Assembly: GCA_963814375.1 (NCBI GenBank)
Contig: CAWFCQ010000004.1
Span: forward strand, 388,089 to 452,088
DNA length: 64,000 bases
Reading direction: 5' to 3'
Source of the DNA: an uncultured Chloroflexia bacterium
GTDB lineage: Bacteria > Chloroflexota > Limnocylindria > QHBO01
The notes beneath the pieces are model-generated. The model was not told the origin of the DNA. It saw only the letters and a program-made list of their open reading frames with translations, and did no database searches. A program made the position numbers and the translations under genes. Positions 10,301-18,746 of this stretch are shown here, piece after piece. The stretch's first letter is position 1. Each line of letters begins with the position of its first letter.

Positions 10301-10836
10301 GAGGCTTCGTTGCGCTTGACCTGGAGCCCCTTGACGCCGGCGGCTTCCTCGAAGAGCTGGCGACGCTCCTCCGGTCGTAAGGAGAGCGCGGCGTCGACGG
10401 TCCCCTGCCCGACCACCACCAGCTCGTTGGCGCCGAGCCGCCCTTCGCCCAGCAGCGCGACGACGTCACGCAGACGGGCGCGCGCGCCGTTGATGAGGTA
10501 CTCGCCCTCGCCGGAGCGGTAGGCGCGCCGGCCGATCGAGACCTCCGCGAACTCGATCGGCAGCCAGCCATCGGCGTTGTCCAGCGTCAGCACGGCCTCA
10601 GCCATGCCCTGCGGCTTCCGCTGCTCCGATCCGGCGAAGATGACGTCGTCCGCCCGACGCGTGCGCAGGGATCGGTTCGACTGCTCGCCGAGGACCCAGC
10701 GCACCGCATCGGCCATGTTGCTCTTGCCGGAGCCGTTCGGCCCGATGACCGCATTCACCCCGGACTCGAACACGAAGCGGGTCGGATCGGCGAAGGACTT
10801 GAACCCATGGAGCCGGAGCTCCTTCAGCCGGCTCAT
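7381..10836 (-). CDS. smc: Chromosome segregation protein SMC
   Basis: GFKSF, GPNGSGKSN, long coiled coils, LSGGE, LDEVDAALD; ATG overlaps rnc stop (ATGA). Confidence 0.96.
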   Translation of the reverse strand: MSRLKELRLHGFKSFADPTRFVFESGVNAVIGPNGSGKSNMADAVRWVLGEQSNRSLRTRRADDVIFAGSEQRKPQGMAEAVLTLDNADGWLPIEFAEVSIGRRAYRSGEGEYLINGARARLRDVVALLGEGRLGANELVVVGQGTVDAALSLRPEERRQLFEEAAGVKGLQVKRNEASVRLAKALDNLTRVSDLIAELKPQARRLALQAEHQQQHDALGARARGLVIASHQRREVAARAALGDARRAAAAAEAGLQGFREAQAAGRQAIAAAEERYWRADEAARQAARVREATREAVIRIEGRLETAGTRLSELVTTLERETAELAEAEHVLSSSDEDAAGEVDAAVADAAAAEEAWRAAVAELATADDALLAAEEAVAALRASESDRIAAAARTSEEVARHAARRDDALLELERVRAAGEEARSAVSTTSAARDAADAAVRDAERAFSAAETERDAAQAEADETRQRVVEGTERLRATRAELTAIEEPADASTRLGRRLAAAGWPPLLDTIEAPEPTWPAIEAVVGGELEGVLLWADADPREQVDAGRGAARLLAPHQDDGLDGREAALAAVEADQTLAEWVAAADAPLIFRRTAVARDLEALLAGWRRLPAGWSAVTTDGDLADGRGVITLRGRADASGGAAARAHARRRELIDTTSRLETDVASAQEVAHRAADRLRAARAVHLSARERHDEAERTQRRAIEEADTAVAAQERLDERAAALESELVTMDDARTPPTTDIGVGSGDLEQLQAAAEAARAGRDERARRRDEAREAWTTTRGSAEGLEISTAGRRRDRALRESRVAQLRASLPERERVLAIAREQHDAIETEAGAVRASDAAASADLERADAERGTARNELLALERDQGSVGSELSDLERAAQATAIDASRREEALTALARERELALDGLPEVGSTEIPVDEIGALDDEALEVELKRVRRTLGQIGSVNPFAVEEHREVATRLDEMTAQDGDLRAAIAATEELIARLDGEIGQQFDAAFRAIGEKFDEFCRLLFAGGSASLQMGDEADGDAPGGIEIVVRPPGKRLQRLAMLSGGERALTGVALLFAMLTVNPVPFCILDEVDAALDEANIGRFADALRRLAESIDFVVITHNRATIEVADTIYGVTMTDAAVSRVLSLRLADVPVEVGA

Positions 10837-11552
10837 GCCGCGCCCGAGTCGCTGGGCGGCTGTGCGAGACGCGCGAGCGCGGCGTGAGCGGCCTGCTCCT
10901 CGGCGCGCTGACGGCTCGAGCCGGAGCCGCTGCCGAAGCTCTCGCCGCCCAGCATCACGGCCACCTGGAACTCCTGGCTGTGGGGTGGGCCGCTCGTGGC
11001 GGTGAGGTGGTAGACCGGCTTGACCCCGCGATGGCGCTGCGTCCACTCCTGGAGCCGTGACTTCGCCGACTTCGGCGGCCCCTCGACCTCGGCCAGGGCC
11101 TCGAACATCGGCTCGAACAGCGCTCCGAGCACCATCGCGGTGCGGTCGCTTCCCTCGCTCAGCGAGAGAGCGCCGGCGAGTGCCTCGAACGCGGCCGCCA
11201 CCACCGATGGCCGTCTCGCACCACCGGCCTCCGCTTCGCCGCGACCGAGCTTGAGGTAGCGGTCCAGCCCCAGATCGAGGCCGAGCCCGGCGAGCGCGTC
11301 ACGGTTGACGAGCGCCGCGCGACGCGCGGTGAGAAACCCCTCGTCCTCGTCGGGATAGCGGTCGTACAGCATGCGGCTGACGGTGAGGCCGATGACGGCG
11401 TCGCCGTAGAACTCGAGCCGCTCGTTGTGACCGGAGACGAGCGCTGGGTTCTCGTTGAAGTAGGAGCTGTGAACGAATGCCTGGCGGATCAGCGCCGGGT
11501 CTCGCGGGACGATGCCGAGCCGCGCCCCCAGGTCGTCGAGAGGAGCGTCCAT
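10833..11552 (-). CDS. rnc: Ribonuclease III
   Basis: H.SY.NE, NERLEFYGDAV, C-terminal dsRBD (KSRLQEWTQ...GPPH..EF). Confidence 0.96.
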   Translation of the reverse strand: MDAPLDDLGARLGIVPRDPALIRQAFVHSSYFNENPALVSGHNERLEFYGDAVIGLTVSRMLYDRYPDEDEGFLTARRAALVNRDALAGLGLDLGLDRYLKLGRGEAEAGGARRPSVVAAAFEALAGALSLSEGSDRTAMVLGALFEPMFEALAEVEGPPKSAKSRLQEWTQRHRGVKPVYHLTATSGPPHSQEFQVAVMLGGESFGSGSGSSRQRAEEQAAHAALARLAQPPSDSGAA

Positions 11553-11565
11553 CGGCGGGTTCGGC

Positions 11566-11808
11566 CTACTGCTGGTGCTCCTCGATGTATTCGACCGCGT
11601 CGGATACCTTCTGGATGCGCTCCGCATCCTCGTCGGAGATCTCCATGCCGAACTCCTCCTCGAGACTCATGATGAGCTCGACGAGGTCGAGGGAATCGGC
11701 GTTGAGGTCCTCGACGAACGAGGCCTGGGGCGTGACCTCCCCTTCGTCAACGCCGAGCTGCTCGACGATGAGCTTCTTGAGTCGGTCGAACGTGGTCCCG
11801 TCAGTCAC
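11566..11808 (-). CDS. acpP: Acyl carrier protein
   Basis: [21 protein letters not shown]; GGAGGAG RBS before GTG 11808. Confidence 0.97.
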   Translation of the reverse strand: MTDGTTFDRLKKLIVEQLGVDEGEVTPQASFVEDLNADSLDLVELIMSLEEEFGMEISDEDAERIQKVSDAVEYIEEHQQ

Positions 11809-11812
11809 GAAT

Positions 11813-12256
11813 TCAGGCTCCTCCACCCGATCTGGAAACGCTTCCCAACACGCCGTTCACGAGGCGCCTTGCTGCGTCTCCGGCGTAGATCCGGGCGAGG
11901 GATACGGCATCACGCATCGGCTCCCCGCTCGGGGTCGCGGCGGAGTATAGCACCTCGTAGAGCGCGCTCCGGAGGATCGTACGCTCGACTCGCCCGAGCT
12001 CAGGGACGGGGATCTGAGGGGCTTCGGTGGCGATCCGCGCGTCCAGCTCCGGCCGGTGCTCGACGACGCCGCGAACGATCGATTCCGCGTGTTCCCGAAC
12101 GTCGCTCGGTGCTCCTCGCTCGGCGGCGAGGCGGTCGAGCGCGGCCTCTGCCGATCCGGGCCGAAACTCGGCCTCGAACAGCGCCAGGAGCGCCAGCCGC
12201 CTGGCGAGCAGCCCGGGGGTTGCGCGCGGGGTGCGCGCGCGGGAGGCGGAGGTCAC
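11813..12256 (-). CDS. nusB: Transcription antitermination factor NusB
   Basis: [35 protein letters not shown]. Confidence 0.88.
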   Translation of the reverse strand: MTSASRARTPRATPGLLARRLALLALFEAEFRPGSAEAALDRLAAERGAPSDVREHAESIVRGVVEHRPELDARIATEAPQIPVPELGRVERTILRSALYEVLYSAATPSGEPMRDAVSLARIYAGDAARRLVNGVLGSVSRSGGGA

Positions 12257-13320
12257 GGGCTGCGGACCCGCTCGCGATGAAGGCGGGCGGCGATCCGGCT
12301 GCGCACGCCGCGGTGGGTCAGGGCCGGATGCTCGCGCGTCCACTCGGCGATCAGGTCCGGCACGCGGGCATGGGCCGACTCAGACCCGACCCGAATGGCA
12401 TTCTCGATCATCTTGGCGCTGGCGCGCCCGTGGGTGACGATGCTGACTCCCTTCACCCCGAGCAGCGGCGCCCCGCCGTAGCCCTCGTAGTCGAAGCGGG
12501 CCTTCATGCGGTCGAAGCCGGGCTTGAGAGCCAGCAGCGCGATCGGCGCGATCGGCCCCTGCTGAAGGTCCTCTCGCAGCGCGCGGAAGATGAAGCTGGT
12601 GATGCCCTCGAAGAACTTGATCACCACGTTGCCGACAAAGCCGTCGCACACGACGACGTCGGCCCGGTGGGCGATCATGTCGTGCGCCTCGACGTTTCCG
12701 ACGAAGTGAAGGTCGGCGGAGGCCAGCTTCTCGTGCGCTTCGCGCGCCAATGAGTCGCCCTTCTCCACCTCTTCGCCGATGTTCAGCAGGCCGATGCGCG
12801 GCGTGCGGACGCCGAGCACGTGCTCGGCGAAGATGGCGCCCATCGCAGCGAACTGGACGAGGTTCTCCGGATCGGAGTCGACGTTGGCGCCGACGTCGAG
12901 CAGCATCACCGGGCCGGTGGCCGTGACGAGGTGCGCGGGGAGCGCCGGGCGGTCGATTCCGTCGATGCGGCCGAGCCGGAAGACCGCCGCCGCCATCGTG
13001 GCGCCGGTCGATCCGGCGCTGACGACCGCATCGGCGTCGCCATCTCGCACGAGGTCGGTGGCGACGACGATCGAGGCCCGTCGCTTCGCCCGGAGCGCTG
13101 TGACCGGGTGCTCCCCCATCTCGATGACCTCGGGCGCGTCCACCAGGCTGAGGCTCTTTGGACGTGGTTGGCCGGAGTCGGCAATCTCGCGTTCGAGGCG
13201 CGGCACGTCACCGACGAGGATGACCTCGTCGGCGGGCGTTCTGGCGGCGTAGGCGATGGCGCCGCGGACGATCTCGCGGGGGGCGTGGTCGCCTCCCATC
13301 GCATCGACCGCGATGCGCAT
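12253..13320 (-). CDS. plsX: Phosphate acyltransferase PlsX
   Basis: IAVDAMGGDHAP, SAGSTGA, DVGAN, VCDGFVGN, GGAPLLGV..HG. Confidence 0.97.
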   Translation of the reverse strand: MRIAVDAMGGDHAPREIVRGAIAYAARTPADEVILVGDVPRLEREIADSGQPRPKSLSLVDAPEVIEMGEHPVTALRAKRRASIVVATDLVRDGDADAVVSAGSTGATMAAAVFRLGRIDGIDRPALPAHLVTATGPVMLLDVGANVDSDPENLVQFAAMGAIFAEHVLGVRTPRIGLLNIGEEVEKGDSLAREAHEKLASADLHFVGNVEAHDMIAHRADVVVCDGFVGNVVIKFFEGITSFIFRALREDLQQGPIAPIALLALKPGFDRMKARFDYEGYGGAPLLGVKGVSIVTHGRASAKMIENAIRVGSESAHARVPDLIAEWTREHPALTHRGVRSRIAARLHRERVRSP

Positions 13321-13326
13321 CGGTGC

Positions 13327-13530
13327 TTAGCGCTGGCCTTCGACCGGTGCGACCGGCTCGATCGTCACGGCCTCGCGGCCGTTGTACCAGCCGCAGGTCG
13401 GACAGGCGTGATGAGCTCGGTGCAGCTCGTGGCAGTGATCGCACTCGACCAGCGGCGGTGCGCTGATCGCGAGGTGCGCGCGGCGCTCACCCTGGCGCGC
13501 CTTGGATACCTTTCGCTTGGGAACGCCCAC
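13327..13530 (-). CDS. rpmF: 50S ribosomal protein L32
   Basis: VPKRKVSKAR..RR.H, C..C...H.AC..CG.Y.GR. Confidence 0.96.
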   Translation of the reverse strand: MGVPKRKVSKARQGERRAHLAISAPPLVECDHCHELHRAHHACPTCGWYNGREAVTIEPVAPVEGQR

Positions 13531-13615
13531 GCGGAAACTCCTTGGACCGATGAAAAACTGGGGACGCCGCAGTATAGCGGGAGCGCCGAAACCCGTGGCG
13601 CGGGCGTGTTTCGGC

Positions 13616-14167
13616 CTATGACCCCTCGTCGCCGTCGCCGTTGCGGAGCAGCGCCGCCAGCCCGGCGAGGCGAGGGTCGATCTCGTCGACCTCGTGACCG
13701 TGGTCTCCCTCGCCCAGCTTCTCGCCGCACACCGAGCAGAGGCCGGGGCAGTCCGGACGGCAGAGCGGGTGCATCGGCTCGGTCAGCGCGAGCTCGTCGT
13801 GGAAGACCTGGTCGAGCTCGATCTCGTGGTGCTCGTCGATGCGCGGCGACTCGACCGCCTCGTCATCCCCGACCGGGACGGGTGCACCCGAGACCGGGTC
13901 GAGGCTGGGCAGGAACTCCTCGGATACCGCCACATCGACCTCCTCGACGTAGGAGTCGGTGCAACGGGCGCAGGTGCGCCGAAGCGGAGCTCGGAGGCTG
14001 CCGCGCACGATGATCCCGCGGTTGGTGCGCTGGAAGCGGAGGTCGGCATCGAGCGGGCCGGCCAGTTCGACGTCCGGTCCGAGGGTGACGTAGTGATCGC
14101 GGAGGCGGGTGCTCCGCGTCGCCCCGGGCGGCTCGTGCAGCAGCCCGGCGACGTTGAAGGAGGTCAT
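13616..14167 (-). CDS. DUF177/YceD family metal-binding protein
   Basis: CARC, PM.PLCRPDCPGLC.VCG, DPRLA.L; upstream of rpmF. Confidence 0.9.
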   Translation of the reverse strand: MTSFNVAGLLHEPPGATRSTRLRDHYVTLGPDVELAGPLDADLRFQRTNRGIIVRGSLRAPLRRTCARCTDSYVEEVDVAVSEEFLPSLDPVSGAPVPVGDDEAVESPRIDEHHEIELDQVFHDELALTEPMHPLCRPDCPGLCSVCGEKLGEGDHGHEVDEIDPRLAGLAALLRNGDGDEGS

Positions 14168-14703
14168 GGCCGCTGGGCGGCCGGGGCCTGTTCCTCCGGA
14201 TCGACGACGATCGGCTCGGTTCCCGTCACGGCGGTCGCTCCGTCGCCATCGGGTCCGCGGTGGCGCTCGTCGAGCATGTCGATGCCACGCTTGATGCTGG
14301 TCAGCGCCTTGATGCATTCACCCTCGAGCCTGATGAGAACCCCGGCGGCGTACTCGTCGGCGCCGCGACGCACCTCACGCGCCTCGTCCTGGGCGGTATC
14401 GAGGATCTCGGCGGCGCGCACCTGGGCGGCGCGAACGAGCTCGCGCTCCTCGAGCATCTGCGCGGCCTGCTCCTGGGCCCGCGCCACGATCGCGTCCCCC
14501 TCCTCACGGGCTCGCTCCGTGATGCGCCCCGACTCCTCGGTGATCCGGCGCGCCTGGCGCACCTCGTCGGGGACGGAGACGCGGAGCTGGTCGACCAGCT
14601 CCAGCACGGTTGCCTGGTCGAGAACCACGTTGTTGGTGAGCGGGAGCTTCTTGCCCGTCGCGACCAGCGACTCGAGCCGTTCAACGAGGAAGATGATGTC
14701 CGT
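14164..14703 (-). CDS. Conserved coiled-coil protein of the coaD-yceD locus; apparent ACG start
   Basis: AAGGAGGG RBS 7 nt before ACG-GAC-ATC-ATC (xDIIFLVERLE..GKKLPLT), EA.EVRRGADEYA motif. Confidence 0.8.
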   Translation of the reverse strand, partial: TDIIFLVERLESLVATGKKLPLTNNVVLDQATVLELVDQLRVSVPDEVRQARRITEESGRITERAREEGDAIVARAQEQAAQMLEERELVRAAQVRAAEILDTAQDEAREVRRGADEYAAGVLIRLEGECIKALTSIKRGIDMLDERHRGPDGDGATAVTGTEPIVVDPEEQAPAAQRP

Positions 14704-14727
14704 GGCCGCGCCCTCCTTGGCTCGGGA

Positions 14728-15225
14728 TTATACGCGTGGGTCGGACCGCATTCGCTCGCCTAGGGCGCGTGCCACGGGCGCCGGCACCATGGGGCCGACG
14801 TCTCCCCCGAACTGGGCGACCTCCTTGGCCAGCGACGAGCTGACGTAGCCGAACTCGAGCGCCGTCATGAGAAACGTCGTGTCTACCTCGGGCGCGAGCT
14901 TCCGGTTGGTGAGCGCCATCTGGAGCTCGGCCTCGAAGTCGCTGACCGCGCGCAGGCCGCGGACGATGAATCCGGCGTCGTGCTGGCGTGCGAACTCGAC
15001 GGTCAGGCCGTCGAAGGCGGCGACGCTGACGTGCTCACCCAGGCCGGCGACACACTCGCGGATGAGGTCCACGCGCTCGTCGATGTCGAACATCGGGCGC
15101 TTCTTCGGGTTGTTGAGAACGCCGATCACGAGCCGATCGAAGAGCTCGGAGGCGCGCTCGGCAACGTCGAGATGCGCGTTCGTCATCGGGTCGAACGAGC
15201 CGGGGAAGACCGCCACGCGCGTCAT
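14728..15225 (-). CDS. coaD: Phosphopantetheine adenylyltransferase
   Basis: FPGSFDP.T..H, RGLRAVSDFE.E, SSS..KE. Confidence 0.97.
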   Translation of the reverse strand: MTRVAVFPGSFDPMTNAHLDVAERASELFDRLVIGVLNNPKKRPMFDIDERVDLIRECVAGLGEHVSVAAFDGLTVEFARQHDAGFIVRGLRAVSDFEAELQMALTNRKLAPEVDTTFLMTALEFGYVSSSLAKEVAQFGGDVGPMVPAPVARALGERMRSDPRV

Positions 15226-15764
15226 GCTGCCTCCAGCTCCCAGAACGAGAGCATCGTCTCACCGAATCGCCGCTCGCGCGCCGGCTCGAGGCCCTCGACC
15301 GTCGGGAGCTCGGAGCGCCAGAAGTGCTTGATCACGACCGATGCGCCGGGGGCCAGATGCGGCACCAGGGCGCGAAGCGGCGCCACGATAGCACGCGTCT
15401 CGTACGGCGGATCGAGCACGACGATGTCCCACGGGCCATCCGTGGCCGATGCCAGATAGCGCTCGACCTCGCGGCCGTGGACCCGGGCGGCGGCCGCCAG
15501 CCCGGTGCGCTCGAGGTTCGCGTTGATGACGGTGAGCGCGCCGCGGTCGCGCTCGACGAAGTCGGCGGTCGTCGCCCCGCGCGAGAGCGCCTCGATCCCG
15601 ATCGCTCCGCTCCCCGCGTACAGGTCGAGCATCCGGGAATCCGGAACCCTTGCCCCCAGGATCGCGAAGAGGGTCTCCTTGACGCGATCCGTGATCGGTC
15701 GGGTCCGCCGGTCGCGCGGAGCCGTCAGCGGGATGCCACGGGCCGTCCCGGCGATGACGCGCAT
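15222..15764 (-). CDS. rsmD: 16S rRNA (G966-N2)-methyltransferase RsmD
   Basis: MRVIAG, RP.TDRVKE.LF, LDLYAGSG..GIEALSRG, DPPY. Confidence 0.95.
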   Translation of the reverse strand: MRVIAGTARGIPLTAPRDRRTRPITDRVKETLFAILGARVPDSRMLDLYAGSGAIGIEALSRGATTADFVERDRGALTVINANLERTGLAAAARVHGREVERYLASATDGPWDIVVLDPPYETRAIVAPLRALVPHLAPGASVVIKHFWRSELPTVEGLEPARERRFGETMLSFWELEAA

Positions 15765-17845
15765 CAGGCGGCGTCACCCTCTTCCTCGACCGCGGTGAAC
15801 TCCGCCTGGAGTCGCGCGAGCCCCTGCCGTTCGGCGAGGCTCGGGTCCGCCTCGACGATACGGTCGGCCAGGTCGCGCGCCCGCTCGGCCAGGCGCAGGT
15901 GGCGCGGCTCGAACAGCGAGGCCACCTTGAGAGGAGGCAGGCCGGACTGGCGCGTGCCGAGCAGGTTCCCGGCGCCCCGCAGCCGGAGGTCCGCCTCGGC
16001 GATCTCGAAGCCGTCCTGCGACCCGCGCACGACCTCGAGCCGCTCGAGCGCCAGAGGGTCGGTGCTGTCGGTGAGCAGGATGCAGAAGGACCGATGCACG
16101 CCGCGACCGACCCGGCCGCGGAGCTGGTGGAGCTGCGCCAGGCCGAAGCGCTCGGCGTCCTCGATGACCATCACGCTTGCATTCGGGACGTCGATCCCGA
16201 CCTCGATCACGGTGGTCGCGACGAGCACGTCCATCTCACCGGCCGCGAAGGCGGTCATCGTGGCGTCGCGGGCATCCGCCCGCTGCTGACCGTGGACGAG
16301 CCCCACGCGAAGCTCCGGCAGCCGCTCTCGCAGGCGGTCGGCCTCCGCCTCGGCGCTCGCGACCTGGAGCGCGTCCGACTCCATCACGAGCGGGACGACC
16401 ACGAATGACTGGCGCCCCTCGCCGGCCTCCGCCGCGAGGAACTGCTCGATCTTGGGCAGCGCCCGTCGGTCCCGGATCTCGGTGCGGATCGGCTGCCGGC
16501 CCGGCGGCAGCTCGCGGATCGTCGAGATCGTGGTGTCGCCGTACACGGTCAGCGCCAGCGTGCGGGGAATCGGCGTGGCGGTGAGGGCCAGCGTGTGCGG
16601 CTCGTCCCCGGCGCCCTTGGCCTGGAGCGCGGCGCGCTGGCCGACGCCGAAGCGATGCTGCTCGTCGACGATAGCAAGGCCGAGCCTCGGGAATTCCACC
16701 GCCTCGCTGATCACGGCGTGCGTCCCGATCACGACCTCGGCGAGCCCCCCACCGATGGCGTCGTGGATCTGGCGCTTCCGCGCCGGCGTCAACGATCCTG
16801 AGAGGAACTCGGCGCGCACACCGAGACCGTCGAGAAGCGGGGCCAGCCCTGCGTGATGCTGCCGGGCCAGGATCTCGGTCGGGGCCATCAGCGCGCCCTG
16901 CCAGCCGGCCCGCACCGCGCAAGCCAGCGCCACGGCCGCCACCGCCGTCTTGCCGCTCCCGACGTCACCCTGGAGCAGTCGGCGCATCGGCCGCTCCGAG
17001 GCGAGGTCCGCGACGATCGACTCCACCGCCGACGCCTGGTCCCCCGTCAGCGTGAAGGGCAGCGCCTCGATGATGGTCCCAAGCTCCGCGTCGCTGACGG
17101 CGATAGCCGGCGCCTGCAGCTGGTGCCGTGCGCGGCGGGCCTGCGCGAGCGTCAGCTGGAGGGCGAGCAGCTCGTCGAATGCGAGCCGATCGAGCGCTTC
17201 CGGGACGTCTGCGGCCTCCTCGGGGAAATGCGCCGTGCGCAGAGCATCCGCGAGCTCCGGCATCTCGCCGCGCTCCGCATCGGTCAGGGGATCGTCGAGC
17301 ACCTCCAGCGAGGCGTCGAGGATGCGGGCGAGGAGCTCACGCAGCCGTTTCTGGGTCACGCCGGCAGCGAGGTGGTAGACGGGCACGACGCGCGCCGTGT
17401 GGACCGAGTCGCGACCGATCGGGCTGAACTCCGGAGACGTGAACTGGGGTCGCCAGCCCTTCACCACCACCTTGCCCGATACGATGAGCTCGTCGCCCTG
17501 TGCCAGCCGCCGCTCGACGAACTGCCGGCCGAACCAGATGGCCTCGGCCGTGCCGGACTGGTCGCTCAGCTGGGCGATCACCCGCTGCGGACGCTTGCCG
17601 AAGCCCGGCTCGACCCGGACGGCCTCGACACGCACGCGGGCCGATTGCTTTTCGTCGGGGACGAGCTCGCCGAGCGGGCGAAGCTCGCTGAAGTCGTCAT
17701 ACCGGAAGGGCAGGTGCCACAGGGCCTGGCGCGGGGTGCCGATTCCCAGCTTTCCGAGCGCGGCTGCGCCTCTTGCCAGGTTGGGGAGGGCGCTGCGGAT
17801 CGGCCGGTCGAGGTCCTCGGGTGCGAGGACCCGGCTCGATTGCAT
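15764..17845 (-). CDS. recG: ATP-dependent DNA helicase RecG
   Basis: LLQGDVGSGKT, MAPTEILA.QH, DEQHRFG, TATPIPRTL, QLRGRVGRG; start placed at ATG 17845. Confidence 0.97.
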   Translation of the reverse strand: MQSSRVLAPEDLDRPIRSALPNLARGAAALGKLGIGTPRQALWHLPFRYDDFSELRPLGELVPDEKQSARVRVEAVRVEPGFGKRPQRVIAQLSDQSGTAEAIWFGRQFVERRLAQGDELIVSGKVVVKGWRPQFTSPEFSPIGRDSVHTARVVPVYHLAAGVTQKRLRELLARILDASLEVLDDPLTDAERGEMPELADALRTAHFPEEAADVPEALDRLAFDELLALQLTLAQARRARHQLQAPAIAVSDAELGTIIEALPFTLTGDQASAVESIVADLASERPMRRLLQGDVGSGKTAVAAVALACAVRAGWQGALMAPTEILARQHHAGLAPLLDGLGVRAEFLSGSLTPARKRQIHDAIGGGLAEVVIGTHAVISEAVEFPRLGLAIVDEQHRFGVGQRAALQAKGAGDEPHTLALTATPIPRTLALTVYGDTTISTIRELPPGRQPIRTEIRDRRALPKIEQFLAAEAGEGRQSFVVVPLVMESDALQVASAEAEADRLRERLPELRVGLVHGQQRADARDATMTAFAAGEMDVLVATTVIEVGIDVPNASVMVIEDAERFGLAQLHQLRGRVGRGVHRSFCILLTDSTDPLALERLEVVRGSQDGFEIAEADLRLRGAGNLLGTRQSGLPPLKVASLFEPRHLRLAERARDLADRIVEADPSLAERQGLARLQAEFTAVEEEGDAA

Positions 17846-17926
17846 GGCCCGATCGTAGCGTGCTACCATCGCCGACGCCCCGGCGCCCTCGCGCCGGCGT
17901 TGTTCTGAGTGGAGACCGATCCGACC

Positions 17927-18118
17927 ATGGCTCGCGCCTGCGACATCTGCGGAAAGCGCCCGATCACCGGCTGGAACCCCCAATCGGTCGGGATGAACCG
18001 TAAGCGCGCCCTGCGCCGGTGGCTGCCCAACCTTCAGTCGATGACCCTCGTCCGCGATGGTCGGACCACGAAGGTGAATGCCTGCAGCCGCTGCCGCCGC
18101 ACCGCCCAGAAGGTCTAG
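17927..18118 (+). CDS. rpmB: 50S ribosomal protein L28
   Basis: MARACDICGK, RRWLPNLQ, C.RC; divergent from recG; GGAG RBS. Confidence 0.93.
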   Translation: MARACDICGKRPITGWNPQSVGMNRKRALRRWLPNLQSMTLVRDGRTTKVNACSRCRRTAQKV

Positions 18119-18150
18119 GCCTCCTCCCGCGCTCGTTCCCGAGGCCGATC

Positions 18151-18183
18151 CGCCCGCGTCGACCGACGCGGGCGTTGCTATTT
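18151..18183 (+). terminator. Intrinsic terminator after rpmB
   Basis: CGCCCGCGTCG-ac-CGACGCGGGCG followed by TTGCTATTT. Confidence 0.7.
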
Positions 18184-18293
18184 CCATCAGGCATCGATCC
18201 GAGCGCACACTGCACGTGTGCACGACTGCACGAGTCTCGATCAGAGCGCTGACAGCGCGGGGCGGTCGGACAGCCGCCACCCGCACCCCCTGC

Positions 18294-18743
18294 TCAGAGA
18301 TCCCGGTCGGAGTCGATCACCAGCGTGAACGGGCCGTCGTTCACGAGCTCGACGTCCATCTGCGCTCCGAAGCGACCAGTCTCGACCGCGACGCCCGCGT
18401 CATGCAGCCGCTCGACGAAGCGGTCCACCAACGGCACTGCGATCTCGGGCGGGGCCGCATCGGTGAAGCCCGGGCGACGGCCGCGTCGAGTATCGGCATA
18501 CAGCGTGAACTGGCTGACGACGAGCAGCGAACCGCCGGCGTCGCCGATGTCGAGGTTGGTGCGGCCAGCCGAGTCCTCGAAGTAGCGCAGGCCGATGAGC
18601 TTGTCGGCCATCCGGTCGACGATCTCCGGCGTGTCCGACTTCCCGATAGCGACCAGGGCCACCGCGCCGGCGCCGATCTGACCAAGGAGCTCATCGCCGG
18701 CGTGGACCGACGCGCGCGTCACACGCTGCACGACGAGCCGCAT
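18294..18743 (-). CDS. dtd: D-aminoacyl-tRNA deacylase
   Basis: MRLVVQRV, VSQFTL, GRRPGF, NDGP.T. Confidence 0.96.
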   Translation of the reverse strand: MRLVVQRVTRASVHAGDELLGQIGAGAVALVAIGKSDTPEIVDRMADKLIGLRYFEDSAGRTNLDIGDAGGSLLVVSQFTLYADTRRGRRPGFTDAAPPEIAVPLVDRFVERLHDAGVAVETGRFGAQMDVELVNDGPFTLVIDSDRDL

Positions 18744-18746
18744 CGG

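Noticed and set aside
11180-11205. RNase III reads VVAAAFEAL where LADxxEA is common
   Set aside because: The main catalytic residues (ERLEF.GD and the distal Glu) are intact; this position is variable
17846-18286. N-terminal extension of recG in the ORF track
   Set aside because: Overlaps rpmB antisense; a -10 box supports the start at 17845
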